Shown piece by piece: positions 27,833 to 36,730 of a stretch of 39,308 nucleotides of DNA (the stretch's first letter is position 1; every line of letters begins with the position of its first letter). This DNA is from a virus (Duplodnaviria > Heunggongvirae > Uroviricota > Caudoviricetes). Under the pieces are notes generated by a model. The model had not been told where the DNA came from. It ran no database searches and worked only from the letters and a program-made list of their open reading frames with translations. The position numbers and the translations under genes were made by a program. The DNA lies in IMG/VR virus record IMGVR_UViG_2541047861_000010, positions 1 to 39,308 of that record; one strand, written 5' to 3'.

Positions 27833-28866
27833 TGAGCAAGAAAAAAGGGAAAACACCGCAACCTGCGGCAAAAAAAATGACCGCCAGCGCCCCGAAAATG
27901 GAGGCATTCACCTTTGGTGAGCCGGTGCCGGTACTCGACCGCCGTGACATTCTGGATTACGTCGAGTGCATCAGTAACGGCAGATGGTATGAGCCGCCGG
28001 TCAGCTTTACCGGTCTGGCAAAAAGCCTGCGTGCTGCCGTGCATCACAGCTCGCCGATTTACGTTAAACGCAATATTCTGGCCTCGACATTTATCCCGCA
28101 TCCGTGGCTTTCACAGCAGAATTTCAGCCGCTTTGTGCTGGACTTTCTGGTGTTCGGTAATGCGTTTCTGGAAAAGCGTTACAGCACCACCGGCAAGGTC
28201 ATCAGACTGGAAACCTCACCGGCAAAATATACCCGCCGTGGTGTGGAGGAGGATGTTTACTGGTGGGTGCCTTCCTTCAACGAGCCGACAGCCTTCGCAC
28301 CTGGCTCCGTGTTTCATCTGCTGGAGCCGGATATTAATCAGGAGCTGTACGGCCTGCCGGAATATCTCAGCGCCCTTAACTCTGCCTGGCTGAATGAGTC
28401 GGCCACGCTGTTCCGCCGCAAGTATTACGAAAACGGCGCACATGCCGGATACATCATGTATATCACCGACGCATTGCAGGACCGCGATTACATTGACTCA
28501 CTTCGCGAAAACATGGCCAGGTCGAAAGGCCGCAATAACTTTAATAATCTGTTTCTCTATGCACCGCAGGGAAAGCCAGACGGCATCAAAATTATCCCGC
28601 TCAGTGAAGTGGCGACAAAGGACGATTTTTTTAATATCAAAAAATCCAGCGCCGCTGACCTGCTGGACGCGCACCGCATCCCCTTTCAGTTGATGGGCGG
28701 CAAGCCGGAGAACGTCGGGTCGCTGGGCGATATTGAGAAAGTGGCAAAGGTCTTTGTCCGCAATGAGCTTATCCCGTTACAGGACAGGATTCGGGAAATA
28801 AACGGCTGGCTCGGTCAGGAGGTCATCCGCTTTAAAAACTACTCACTGGACACTGACAACGGCTGA
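27832..28866 (+). CDS. Q: Portal protein gpQ (344 aa)
   Basis: 344 aa; P2 Q length and position next to cos. Confidence 0.9.
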   Translation: MSKKKGKTPQPAAKKMTASAPKMEAFTFGEPVPVLDRRDILDYVECISNGRWYEPPVSFTGLAKSLRAAVHHSSPIYVKRNILASTFIPHPWLSQQNFSRFVLDFLVFGNAFLEKRYSTTGKVIRLETSPAKYTRRGVEEDVYWWVPSFNEPTAFAPGSVFHLLEPDINQELYGLPEYLSALNSAWLNESATLFRRKYYENGAHAGYIMYITDALQDRDYIDSLRENMARSKGRNNFNNLFLYAPQGKPDGIKIIPLSEVATKDDFFNIKKSSAADLLDAHRIPFQLMGGKPENVGSLGDIEKVAKVFVRNELIPLQDRIREINGWLGQEVIRFKNYSLDTDNG

Positions 28867-28871
28867 ACATC

Positions 28872-28893
28872 GCCGCCTGCGGGCGGCTTTTTT
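28872..28893 (+). terminator. Rho-independent terminator after Q
   Basis: Hairpin GCCGCC-TGCG-GGCGGC followed by T6. Confidence 0.6.
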
Positions 28894-29035
28894 ACACCCC
28901 GTCATCACGCCCTCACACGCTCACCACCGCACAAAACACCCCGCAGACACACCAACGCCTCAACGGGCAGACTAAGCGCGGTCACGACGCGCTCAGGCGC
29001 TGAAAAAATAAAATCAGCACCACCGCCTGCGCGCA

Positions 29036-29054
29036 GTGCTTTCCCCGCCTCGCC
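29036..29054. other. cos site (19-nt cohesive-end sequence)
   Basis: GTGCTTTCCCCGCCTCGCC is the reverse complement of the P2 cohesive end as I recall it (GGCGAGGCGGGGAAAGCAC); located next to Q as in P2. Confidence 0.75.
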
Positions 29055-29095
29055 CGCCCGCTTCATGGGTCGGTTTTAATGCAGTTGTATTTAAT

Positions 29096-29128
29096 GGAAA
29101 AAGCCCTCCAGGACTGGAGGGCTTTTCT
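29096..29128. terminator. Bidirectional rho-independent terminator between cos and the cargo operon
   Basis: Hairpin GCCCTCC-AGGACT-GGAGGGC flanked by A5 upstream and TTTTCTATT downstream, so T-tracts on both strands; about 60 nt past the stop of the last cargo gene. Confidence 0.55.
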
Positions 29129-29182
29129 ATTAGAGTTCGTAAAATGCTCATGCAAATTCACGCGTTATGCTGCAAAAAACAA

Positions 29183-30250
29183 TCATTTCTTAGCTTTCAC
29201 AACCGGATGCGCGCGATCATGTCCACCGCCACGATGCTTAGAAAATATAACCTTTTCATTAGTAAAAGGTTTTTGGCCATAGACACTATCATAGTGGAAA
29301 AAGACGTTCGGAAGATGAGGCACACGGATGAATCCATACTTCACTCTAGTATCACCGATGACCCCAAAAACCCTTGTACTTACTGGGTAGCATAGTTCAC
29401 CACAACGCATCACTAATTCATCTGCTGTTGGGCGTTCAGAAGGTTCCAATTTTAAACAATCTTCTATAAGTTTAATTATTTCATTTGCCAATGGCGCATA
29501 CTGTCTATTTGAAAATATAAAGTCAGGGTAAGGAACATGCGTGCCAGAAAGTATTTTTGGTATAGCCATATAACCAATACCAAAAGGGTATTTTCCAGTA
29601 AGAATCCTGAACATCATCGCACCCAATGCCCAAATATCTGTAGGTTTCGAAACCTTACCTTGACTCTGTATGATTTCCGGTGCCATATATGGCAAAGCCC
29701 CGATAGCCGTTTGCGAAGAACTAATTGAATCTTGACCATTTCTTGCAGCCTCATCAATTTCATCTCCGGCCATCTTTGAAATGCCGAAATCCGTAATTTT
29801 TATCTCTGTAGCATTGATACCACCGCCTACCATTATATTTGAAGGTTTGAGGTCCCGGTGTATGACGTCAACATGATGCGAAGCAGACAGAGCTTTAGCT
29901 AAATTATGAAATATTTTAGCAGTTAAATATGGATCAACACTTGAATAAGTGTCTAAAATAGCCTTATCCAAGTCAACTCCATCAATAAATTCCTCCGTTA
30001 AAAACTCTCTACCCTCATCATCAATGAAGTAATCTAAGGTTTTAGCCACATTAGGATGATTAACCCTTGATGCTAATATTGCACTTCTATGAAACCTTTT
30101 TTCAGCAGATTTATTTTTGGGAGTTTTGAGAGCCACATGCCTCGAGAGAATATTATCCATTGCCAAATAAACTTTTTGCATACCGCCTTCACCAATCTCC
30201 CTCAATATTGTATATCTGCTAACTTGAATTCCTGGAGTCAGATTTATCAT
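29183..30250 (-). CDS. Hanks-type Ser/Thr protein kinase with C-terminal cold-shock-like (OB-fold) domain (355 aa)
   Basis: Kinase motifs present: G-loop GEGGMQKV, VALK lysine, HRDLKPSN, DFG, APE. C-terminal 60 aa (VFGVIGDTRVKYGFIRVPHLPNVFFHYDSVYG...EKVIF) aligns by eye to the CspA pattern. AT-rich; start overlaps upstream stop (ATGA). Confidence 0.85.
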   Translation of the reverse strand: MINLTPGIQVSRYTILREIGEGGMQKVYLAMDNILSRHVALKTPKNKSAEKRFHRSAILASRVNHPNVAKTLDYFIDDEGREFLTEEFIDGVDLDKAILDTYSSVDPYLTAKIFHNLAKALSASHHVDVIHRDLKPSNIMVGGGINATEIKITDFGISKMAGDEIDEAARNGQDSISSSQTAIGALPYMAPEIIQSQGKVSKPTDIWALGAMMFRILTGKYPFGIGYMAIPKILSGTHVPYPDFIFSNRQYAPLANEIIKLIEDCLKLEPSERPTADELVMRCGELCYPVSTRVFGVIGDTRVKYGFIRVPHLPNVFFHYDSVYGQKPFTNEKVIFSKHRGGGHDRAHPVVKAKK

Positions 30251-31311
30251 AACACCACCTCCGGATGGGAAAGGTCAAATGTAATGAAGACCCGCTCTTT
30301 TCTTGGCCGAGAAGTCTCTCCCAGAATAATAACACATGAATCAGGCAAAATATTATATTGCTTTGCAGCTATATTATTCACATACACCTCACCACTTAAA
30401 CTCGATATATAAAACTCTGAACCAGAATATTTCACCTCAATAGTCCCGACCCCTGAATTATTAAAAGCCGCAGATTTATTTGTTGAAGAAATGATGACGG
30501 GTGGAGTGTTATCAGAGATTAACAATGCTCTATGAGAGTTGTAGAGAACGAATTTTTTTAGAGTCTGACACACATCAGCCATATCAGGTCTCTCACAAGG
30601 ATTCGTATCTAAACATTGGAAAAGCAATTCTTTTACCTGAGTTGGTAACTGTATATTAGAATTATCAAAAGGATTAGACAATAATTTTTTGGGTAAAACT
30701 CTCATTTCCGGTGGTAGTGGGGTCTTAGCCAAAAACATGGCCGTTACAGCAAAAGCATATGTATCTATGGATTTTGTAAACGCTACTTGATGTAAAAATA
30801 ATTCAGGTGCAGCATATGTTGGGGTTCCTTTAAAACCTATTGTATTAGCTTCATCAACATTTCTAGATAGTCCGAAGTCATAAATCTTCACTACTCCCTC
30901 AGAATCAATTTTCATGTTCCCAGGCTTGATATCCCTATGAATAATATCATGAGAATGTATCTCAGAAATACCCGAAGATATTTGCCACAAAATTTTAATC
31001 AGATCTTCAGAATTTAATATGCGATCCTCTACTTCCAATAATGAAGGTCCGTCAACATACTCTTCGACTATAGCAATTCCTTTACCTTGATAATTAATAA
31101 CATCATAAAGCTCTACTACATGTTTTGATCTTAATTTCATCAATGCTGATAACTCATCCATCATTCGAGGAGAATCATCAGGATTACTTATGGACTTTAT
31201 AGCGACAAATCTTTCGAGGTGAGTATCCAAGCATTTGATCACGCAACCAAATCCTCCCGAAGCCTCTTCTTCAGTCCTCTTATATCTTGCAGGGAGAGTA
31301 AAATTAGTCAT
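30247..31311 (-). CDS. Hanks-type Ser/Thr protein kinase with C-terminal FHA-like domain (354 aa)
   Basis: Kinase motifs present: GGFGCV, VAIK, HRDIKPGN, DFG, APE. C-terminal segment (SSLSGEVYVNNIAAKQYNILPDSCVIILGE) resembles the FHA signature. RBS AAGGAG 7 nt upstream. Confidence 0.85.
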   Translation of the reverse strand: MTNFTLPARYKRTEEEASGGFGCVIKCLDTHLERFVAIKSISNPDDSPRMMDELSALMKLRSKHVVELYDVINYQGKGIAIVEEYVDGPSLLEVEDRILNSEDLIKILWQISSGISEIHSHDIIHRDIKPGNMKIDSEGVVKIYDFGLSRNVDEANTIGFKGTPTYAAPELFLHQVAFTKSIDTYAFAVTAMFLAKTPLPPEMRVLPKKLLSNPFDNSNIQLPTQVKELLFQCLDTNPCERPDMADVCQTLKKFVLYNSHRALLISDNTPPVIISSTNKSAAFNNSGVGTIEVKYSGSEFYISSLSGEVYVNNIAAKQYNILPDSCVIILGETSRPRKERVFITFDLSHPEVVL

Positions 31312-32470
31312 CTTTATCTCCTTTAGTGGAGTTTTTCTCAGAGAATGAAATATCTAACTGTGAAATATTATCTAACTTATCATTATTGTTAGCTTCGATA
31401 ACATTCCTTCCCTCATCACTCTTTATATTACTATTTTTTTTCTTTGTACGTGATTTCCTTTTCGATACATTTTTTTTGTTAGAAATTTCATTACTGCATT
31501 CTAACTCAGTAACTTTTCTATCAATAACATTTTCAACCGTAGCTGAGTTAGGTATATCTAACGGCGCAGGTTGCACGCTAATTACTTTCATCTCACCAAA
31601 AGGATCCCATAAATTAATTACATCCCCAGATGATACATCCAAAGCACTTAGGATGTTCGAAATCTCAACTACCGCAATCGACGCATTATCAAATCCACCA
31701 AACCAACTAGCTAGATCTATAACTCTTTTAGCGAACACTCCAGTATTATTGGAGTGAGCATATAATTTTCTCAAATTATTACTGTCAATGGTATGAGCAC
31801 CATCTGAAGTTAATGCAACCACCCCAGGTACGAGCCGAATATCGTGAAAATGTATCTCAAGAACACCATCAAGACCTATAAACTGTACTAACTCGCCACC
31901 TAACCTAGAATCAATAACACCTGAGTCACTACCAAGATGCTCATTATATTTCTTTGCCAATACAGCTAATGTATCATCCTCACTAATTTGTTTTATGTGT
32001 TCAGCATTAATGGAATATATGCGACTATCCCCGACATTTATTGCTGTAATGTTATCGGAGTCATCTACAGCTAAGGCAGATAACGTAGCCCCACCGTTCC
32101 CATTATATACTTTCAAAACCGATTCATTTGCTTTTAAAACGGCGATTTCAAGACATTGTCTAATTGGCAAGCCTGAGTGTTTAATTATCTCGGTAAAAAA
32201 AGATGATACGGTCAATGAAGCAGCATTCGCTCCCCCTTCCATCCCCCCCATACCATCTGCTAAAGCGATGACAATCATGTCCTTATTCTTACTAAAAGGA
32301 CGAAATTTTAATACAGCTACCCGGTCTTGGTTCTCTTTCCTAACTAAACCTATGTCTGTAGCAATAGCTGCAGGTAGCATAGATACTCTTCGTACAGATG
32401 AAGAGATATTTTTTCTATGCAGCCAAGCGTGTATCTGTTCATGAAGGATCTCGTAAGAGTCTCGACTCAC
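31304..32470 (-). CDS. PP2C-family Ser/Thr protein phosphatase with Lys-rich disordered C-terminal tail (388 aa)
   Basis: PP2C motifs ALADGMGG, VGDSR and TSDG read in the translation. GTG start with GAGGAGG 4 nt upstream; 3' end overlaps the downstream kinase start by 8 nt (ATGACTAA). Confidence 0.8.
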   Translation of the reverse strand: MSRDSYEILHEQIHAWLHRKNISSSVRRVSMLPAAIATDIGLVRKENQDRVAVLKFRPFSKNKDMIVIALADGMGGMEGGANAASLTVSSFFTEIIKHSGLPIRQCLEIAVLKANESVLKVYNGNGGATLSALAVDDSDNITAINVGDSRIYSINAEHIKQISEDDTLAVLAKKYNEHLGSDSGVIDSRLGGELVQFIGLDGVLEIHFHDIRLVPGVVALTSDGAHTIDSNNLRKLYAHSNNTGVFAKRVIDLASWFGGFDNASIAVVEISNILSALDVSSGDVINLWDPFGEMKVISVQPAPLDIPNSATVENVIDRKVTELECSNEISNKKNVSKRKSRTKKKNSNIKSDEGRNVIEANNNDKLDNISQLDISFSEKNSTKGDKDD

Positions 32471-32691
32471 AGCGCCTCCTCAAGCAAGCATTTCTCCGAA
32501 GCTATAGATTACAAAACACTAACGGCAATTCCTAGCATTACCCACTCAATTCCATTAGAAAACTGACGTAGTACAGTTAGTTGAATATTATTGTGATGAC
32601 GAATGCCAATCCTCTGATCACGCTGATTACAATATCACAACTCCCCGCTCTCCGATTCACAGTATTCAGTGATACAGAATATCACCTCGTA
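32471..32691 (-). promoter_or_regulatory. Probable promoter/leader region of the phosphatase-kinase-kinase cargo operon
   Basis: AT-rich 221-bp non-coding gap between the stop of gene A and the start of the phosphatase gene; no specific -10/-35 assigned. Confidence 0.3.
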
Positions 32692-34977
32692 CTATATACA
32701 TCGTTGATTTATTGGAAGCCCCGGCCACTCATCAACAACCGGATATGTAAATTTTTTCTCGCCATATGCCACCCTCGCACCTCGTGCTAGTACATCCAGC
32801 TCCCACCGTTCCGGCGTGATGCCATGCTGTGCGAGGTCAAACCGGATACGCGATATCTGGTCGCGCTGCGATTTAGTCAGCCTTGCCGATGGCGCAATTT
32901 CATTAGGTTTTAACGGGCCTCCGTTTCTCTGCTGACGATTTGGTGTTCTCAGGCCGTGTTTTAATGCGCCCCTGAGCGCCCTCACTACATCCGGGTCATT
33001 CCATTCGATAACACCTTCATCAACCAGATTAAGTACTGCTGCGGCGTGCTCAGAAGGTGTGGGAGCCGGTAACGAAGTATCACCACCAGTGAGCTTTCCA
33101 CAGTTATTGACAGGACTCCGAGGCGCGGCGATGCCGCTTTTTAAAGTCAAAGGCTCAACGACCGGAACTTTCGGCACAATGCGCCAGTCCGTCGTTCTGG
33201 TGATATGAATATGACGCGCGCCGAGATGCGGCGCGTAAATGCCGACCACCCTCTCGACCTCTTCCTCGTACTCGTTAACGTCATCCGACGGGCTACGGGC
33301 GACTCTGACAGTCTGACAATCGCGCGGGACATTTGCCCCACCCTGCGCGCTGATATACAACGCAAAATCACCACTGTCTGCGGCGGCGCGTGCAGCCTCG
33401 ACGCGCTCGTCAAACTCATCAGCAATGCTGACGCCGCGCGGCAATTTGCGTAGTTCACGGTAAGCCCCCATTGTCGGCAGACCAACCGTTTTAAATTGCG
33501 GGATGCGCCACGTTGACGCCCATGCGGTAACAGCCGCAGCAGTGTCTTTCAGCGGCCTGCCGGTATCGTTATCGAGCTGACCATCCAGTGCATAGCCGTC
33601 GATGTTTTTTGAGATGTATTTCGCGATATACCCCGCAGCACCGCCCCGGTTAAGGTGTTTTGCCTGAAAACGGTTTCGCGCGGCTCCTCTTTCATCGCCA
33701 TCCTCTTTGAGCGCATAGCGACGCATGATTTCGATAATCTGGTTACGCTGGCGCGGATTACAAAAAAGCATCATATGCCAGTGCGGCGTTCCGTCGTGGT
33801 GTGGCTCGACGACACGCAAACCGTAGACCTGTAAATCATTATCCTTGAATGCCGTGCGCATCAGGCTCCAGATACGGCAGAGATAACGCTGCGCATCCTT
33901 TGGATTAAATGCCTCATCGTTCCAGCCGTGATTTAGCTGGACGGTTTTACTTTCGCCTTTTCTGACCTGACGTGTCGGGTGATACTTTGACGGCGCGGTC
34001 AGCGTGATAAACATCCCCACATCACCCTCTGCTGCGGCGTAACGCTCAATACCGGCAATGGTGTTCATCAGCTCCATCCGGCGAATTTCAGGATTAGAAA
34101 TACTGCCCATCACCTTACTGATAAGGTCGATGCGCTCGCCGGTTTCCCTGTTTTCGAGATCACACGATTTAAGAAATTCCAGATTTGCCTGGCGGCGTGC
34201 ACGCACATCACGAATGGCATGTTTACTGGCATAAGGAGAACGGTCTTTATTGACCTCCCCGACAGCAATCAGTAACGCCTCATGCCAGCGCATACGCTGG
34301 CCTTTAAGCTGATGGGTCCACCACTCATCGTTAAACAGACGGGCAATGGCAGAATATGCCTGCCTCGTGGTCATCTGCCCTTTACGGTATTTTTTCCAGT
34401 AGAGCGGGGAAATATTGAAAGCACGTGCAGCACCAGCAACATGACCATAGAGGTGAGCCTGCGCCTCATCCGTAAACAGCGATTCTTTTTCGCCATGCGC
34501 ATCCCCCCAGGCATCGCAGAGTTCCTCATACATCATGAAAAGCTGCGATGAGATACGGGCGGCAAACTTTTTCAGCTCCTTGTCATTCATCCCCGGCAGA
34601 CGCGCATAATGGTCACGCTCTGCCAGAAACAGCAACGACGCGTCGGTGTTCATTTCATGGCGCTGATTCACACGCTCAATGCGCGGCCATAAACGACGCT
34701 GAAAAGTGGATGTGAGAAAATAAAACCCGTGCACCGGGCTTTTATTGCGCCGGATGTAGTCATAGCGTGACGTAAACAGCGAGCGCAAAAAGTAAGGCAG
34801 GCGGTTAATCGTGGATAAAACACCTTGCACCTGACGCATCTCGTCACGTGTAAGGGGTCTTTCGCGCCCGACAGCCTCGCGTGGCGCGTTCCATGCATAA
34901 GCACCGGTAAACGCCTTACCGGTGCCTGCGGCAAATGCTGACGGAGGGACAAAACGCCCGGAGGCTTTAACGGCCAT
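32692..34977 (-). CDS. A: Replication initiation endonuclease gpA (761 aa)
   Basis: Start set at MAVKASGRFVPPSAFAAGTGK to match the recalled P2 A N-terminus and length; sequence closely resembles P2 A. Confidence 0.9.
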   Translation of the reverse strand: MAVKASGRFVPPSAFAAGTGKAFTGAYAWNAPREAVGRERPLTRDEMRQVQGVLSTINRLPYFLRSLFTSRYDYIRRNKSPVHGFYFLTSTFQRRLWPRIERVNQRHEMNTDASLLFLAERDHYARLPGMNDKELKKFAARISSQLFMMYEELCDAWGDAHGEKESLFTDEAQAHLYGHVAGAARAFNISPLYWKKYRKGQMTTRQAYSAIARLFNDEWWTHQLKGQRMRWHEALLIAVGEVNKDRSPYASKHAIRDVRARRQANLEFLKSCDLENRETGERIDLISKVMGSISNPEIRRMELMNTIAGIERYAAAEGDVGMFITLTAPSKYHPTRQVRKGESKTVQLNHGWNDEAFNPKDAQRYLCRIWSLMRTAFKDNDLQVYGLRVVEPHHDGTPHWHMMLFCNPRQRNQIIEIMRRYALKEDGDERGAARNRFQAKHLNRGGAAGYIAKYISKNIDGYALDGQLDNDTGRPLKDTAAAVTAWASTWRIPQFKTVGLPTMGAYRELRKLPRGVSIADEFDERVEAARAAADSGDFALYISAQGGANVPRDCQTVRVARSPSDDVNEYEEEVERVVGIYAPHLGARHIHITRTTDWRIVPKVPVVEPLTLKSGIAAPRSPVNNCGKLTGGDTSLPAPTPSEHAAAVLNLVDEGVIEWNDPDVVRALRGALKHGLRTPNRQQRNGGPLKPNEIAPSARLTKSQRDQISRIRFDLAQHGITPERWELDVLARGARVAYGEKKFTYPVVDEWPGLPINQRCI

Positions 34978-35242
34978 ATGAGCCAAAAGCCTCTGAACAA
35001 CGCTTGCTGAGTTGCTCAACCTGCACGTTTAAATCAGCAAAAGACTTTGCGCTTCCGGTCAGAATATCGTGATGCATCAGGCCGGAAACGAGCTGGCTTA
35101 ATTTCGGGTAATAACCAACCACCGACAGCCATTCCTGACCGGCGTTTTTACCGCTTTCCGCTCTCTTTTTCTCGTGGAGAATAAACTGAAAGCTGTCACT
35201 GGTAACGACATAACGTTCGCCAATTTCAATACGAATACTCAT
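34967..35242 (-). CDS. P2 orf83-like early protein (91 aa)
   Basis: Position between orf82 and A; ATGA overlap with orf82 stop. Confidence 0.7.
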   Translation of the reverse strand: MSIRIEIGERYVVTSDSFQFILHEKKRAESGKNAGQEWLSVVGYYPKLSQLVSGLMHHDILTGSAKSFADLNVQVEQLSKRCSEAFGSYGR

Positions 35243-35463
35243 GCCGTTCTCCGGTAATGTTTGTTTTTTGCTTCAAAGACTGACTGACAGGAAACACAAC
35301 GCGTGGCTGACGGATAAGCCGCACGACGGGCAGCAGGTATTGGCGCGTCACACTCTTCGCAAACCAGCGCAGAAGCACCGCAATGTTTTACCCTTGCCGC
35401 GTTAATCTGGCGCTCCAGTAATTCAGCCTGTTGCTCCTGAATAAAATCTACGTTGTCCGGCAT
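35239..35463 (-). CDS. TraR/DksA-family C4 zinc-finger protein (P2 orf82-like, 74 aa)
   Basis: Motif CxxC-N17-CxxC (CEECDAPIPAARRAAYPSATRCVSC) typical of TraR/DksA; P2 early-operon position. Confidence 0.75.
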   Translation of the reverse strand: MPDNVDFIQEQQAELLERQINAARVKHCGASALVCEECDAPIPAARRAAYPSATRCVSCQSVFEAKNKHYRRTA

Positions 35464-35465
35464 TA

Positions 35466-35768
35466 TCAGCTCCTTTTATCGTTAAGTTTCCTGGATACAT
35501 CAGCGCAATAACTGGCAAGTTCTGTCGTTAATTTTGTCAGTTCATCCACTGAGGAAATTTGCTTGTGGAATACAGCGCGTTTAACAAGTAAATTGACCAC
35601 ATCAGACAGGAGGTTTAATTCATTCTGATAAATCGCGATAACAGATTCAGTGATGTCGCGTTTTTCTTTATCAAGACAAAGTTGAATAAGAGACAAATCA
35701 CCATTTTCCATAACGGCGATTTTTAAGGCGTTATTCAGTAATACAACTGAATGAGAACAGGACATCAA
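35466..35768 (-). CDS. P2 orf81-like early protein (100 aa)
   Basis: Synteny in the early operon; ATGA overlap with orf80 stop. Confidence 0.7.
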   Translation of the reverse strand: MMSCSHSVVLLNNALKIAVMENGDLSLIQLCLDKEKRDITESVIAIYQNELNLLSDVVNLLVKRAVFHKQISSVDELTKLTTELASYCADVSRKLNDKRS

Positions 35769-35989
35769 AGCACCTCCCCGCGAGACAATCCGATATTGTG
35801 AAATTTTTCCGACTCCTGACTGAGCAGCTCGACTATCTCCACGCGGGATAACTCCGCCTTTGTGATGTGGCGAATCATGGCGTCAAGATGAGAAGAAAAG
35901 CGCGTCGCTGCGTCGGCCTGTGCTTCGGTTCTGGCCTGTTGCAGCAGTAATGCGTATTTACCGCACTGATTTTCAGAAACTGTATGCAT
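35765..35989 (-). CDS. P2 orf80-like early protein (74 aa)
   Basis: Start at internal ATG (MHTVSENQ) with GGAGAAAG upstream. Confidence 0.7.
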   Translation of the reverse strand: MHTVSENQCGKYALLLQQARTEAQADAATRFSSHLDAMIRHITKAELSRVEIVELLSQESEKFHNIGLSRGEVL

Positions 35990-36052
35990 GACTTTCTCCA
36001 GGCAAAAAGAAGCCCCGCACAATTAAGTGCGTTAAAAACTCTGGTTAATTAC

Positions 36053-36553
36053 TTAATGCAGATATTGCTCTGGTTTTACCGACGTCAGAATTGTCGGTGC
36101 ATACTCAAACAGGCTGAATAATTCACGTAATGCACGGAATAAGGCATCACGCCAGTAACATGATTCTTCATTAATTCGCCAGTATGGCTGGTTGAATTCT
36201 TTTTCAGTCAATCCGGCATGCATAAATAAAGTACGGCGCTGACTGACAGTTAAAAAGCTAATATATGCATACTCACTTGCACCGACCTGACGGCGTTTTG
36301 AGAATGCCCCACGCAGTTCATCAATTGCACAAACCAGCCGTTCACGTTCGACGTCGTTCATTTCTTCAAAACGCATCGTTGCGTGACGCTGTTTTAACTG
36401 CGCATGGAAGCAAACCGTTAGCCGTTCGCGTTCCATCATCTGATTATAATAATCGCATGTCTCCTGCCAGCGAGGGACGGCCAGATGCTTACCAATTATC
36501 CGGCGCATAGCTGCTGGCTGTTTTTCAACGAGATTGAGCGTCATCACTGTCAT
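36053..36553 (-). CDS. B: Replication protein gpB (166 aa)
   Basis: 166 aa; P2 B length and position between cox and A. Confidence 0.9.
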   Translation of the reverse strand: MTVMTLNLVEKQPAAMRRIIGKHLAVPRWQETCDYYNQMMERERLTVCFHAQLKQRHATMRFEEMNDVERERLVCAIDELRGAFSKRRQVGASEYAYISFLTVSQRRTLFMHAGLTEKEFNQPYWRINEESCYWRDALFRALRELFSLFEYAPTILTSVKPEQYLH

Positions 36554-36720
36554 TTCCAGACCCTCCGGCTTTTCAGAAAGGTCAGAGCCTTTTTTAACGG
36601 ACTCTGTTTTTTGGTGCGGATAATGATTCCCTTACGCCCCTTACCGTGGGTGATGGTGAAGTCAATCGCCCTAGGGCTTTCGTTACGCAATAACTGAGCA
36701 ATACAACGAGGCTCATTCAT
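36550..36720 (-). CDS. Small basic protein at the P2 orf78 position (56 aa)
   Basis: Start at ATG 36718-36720 with AAGGAG 7 nt upstream, directly after the cox stop; stop overlaps B start (ATGA). Confidence 0.55.
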   Translation of the reverse strand: MNEPRCIAQLLRNESPRAIDFTITHGKGRKGIIIRTKKQSPLKKALTFLKSRRVWK

Positions 36721-36730
36721 ACGGTTCTCC

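Noticed and set aside
29036-29395. 119-aa plus-strand ORF
   Set aside because: Spans the cos site and the bidirectional terminator and runs antisense into the kinase gene; no RBS.
29183-32691. tin and old genes expected at this position in P2
   Set aside because: Not present; the locus is occupied by the phosphatase and kinase cargo instead.
34978-35019. TTG-initiated N-terminal extension of gene A
   Set aside because: Recalled P2 A begins MAVKASG; the extension starts with TTG and overlaps orf83 further.
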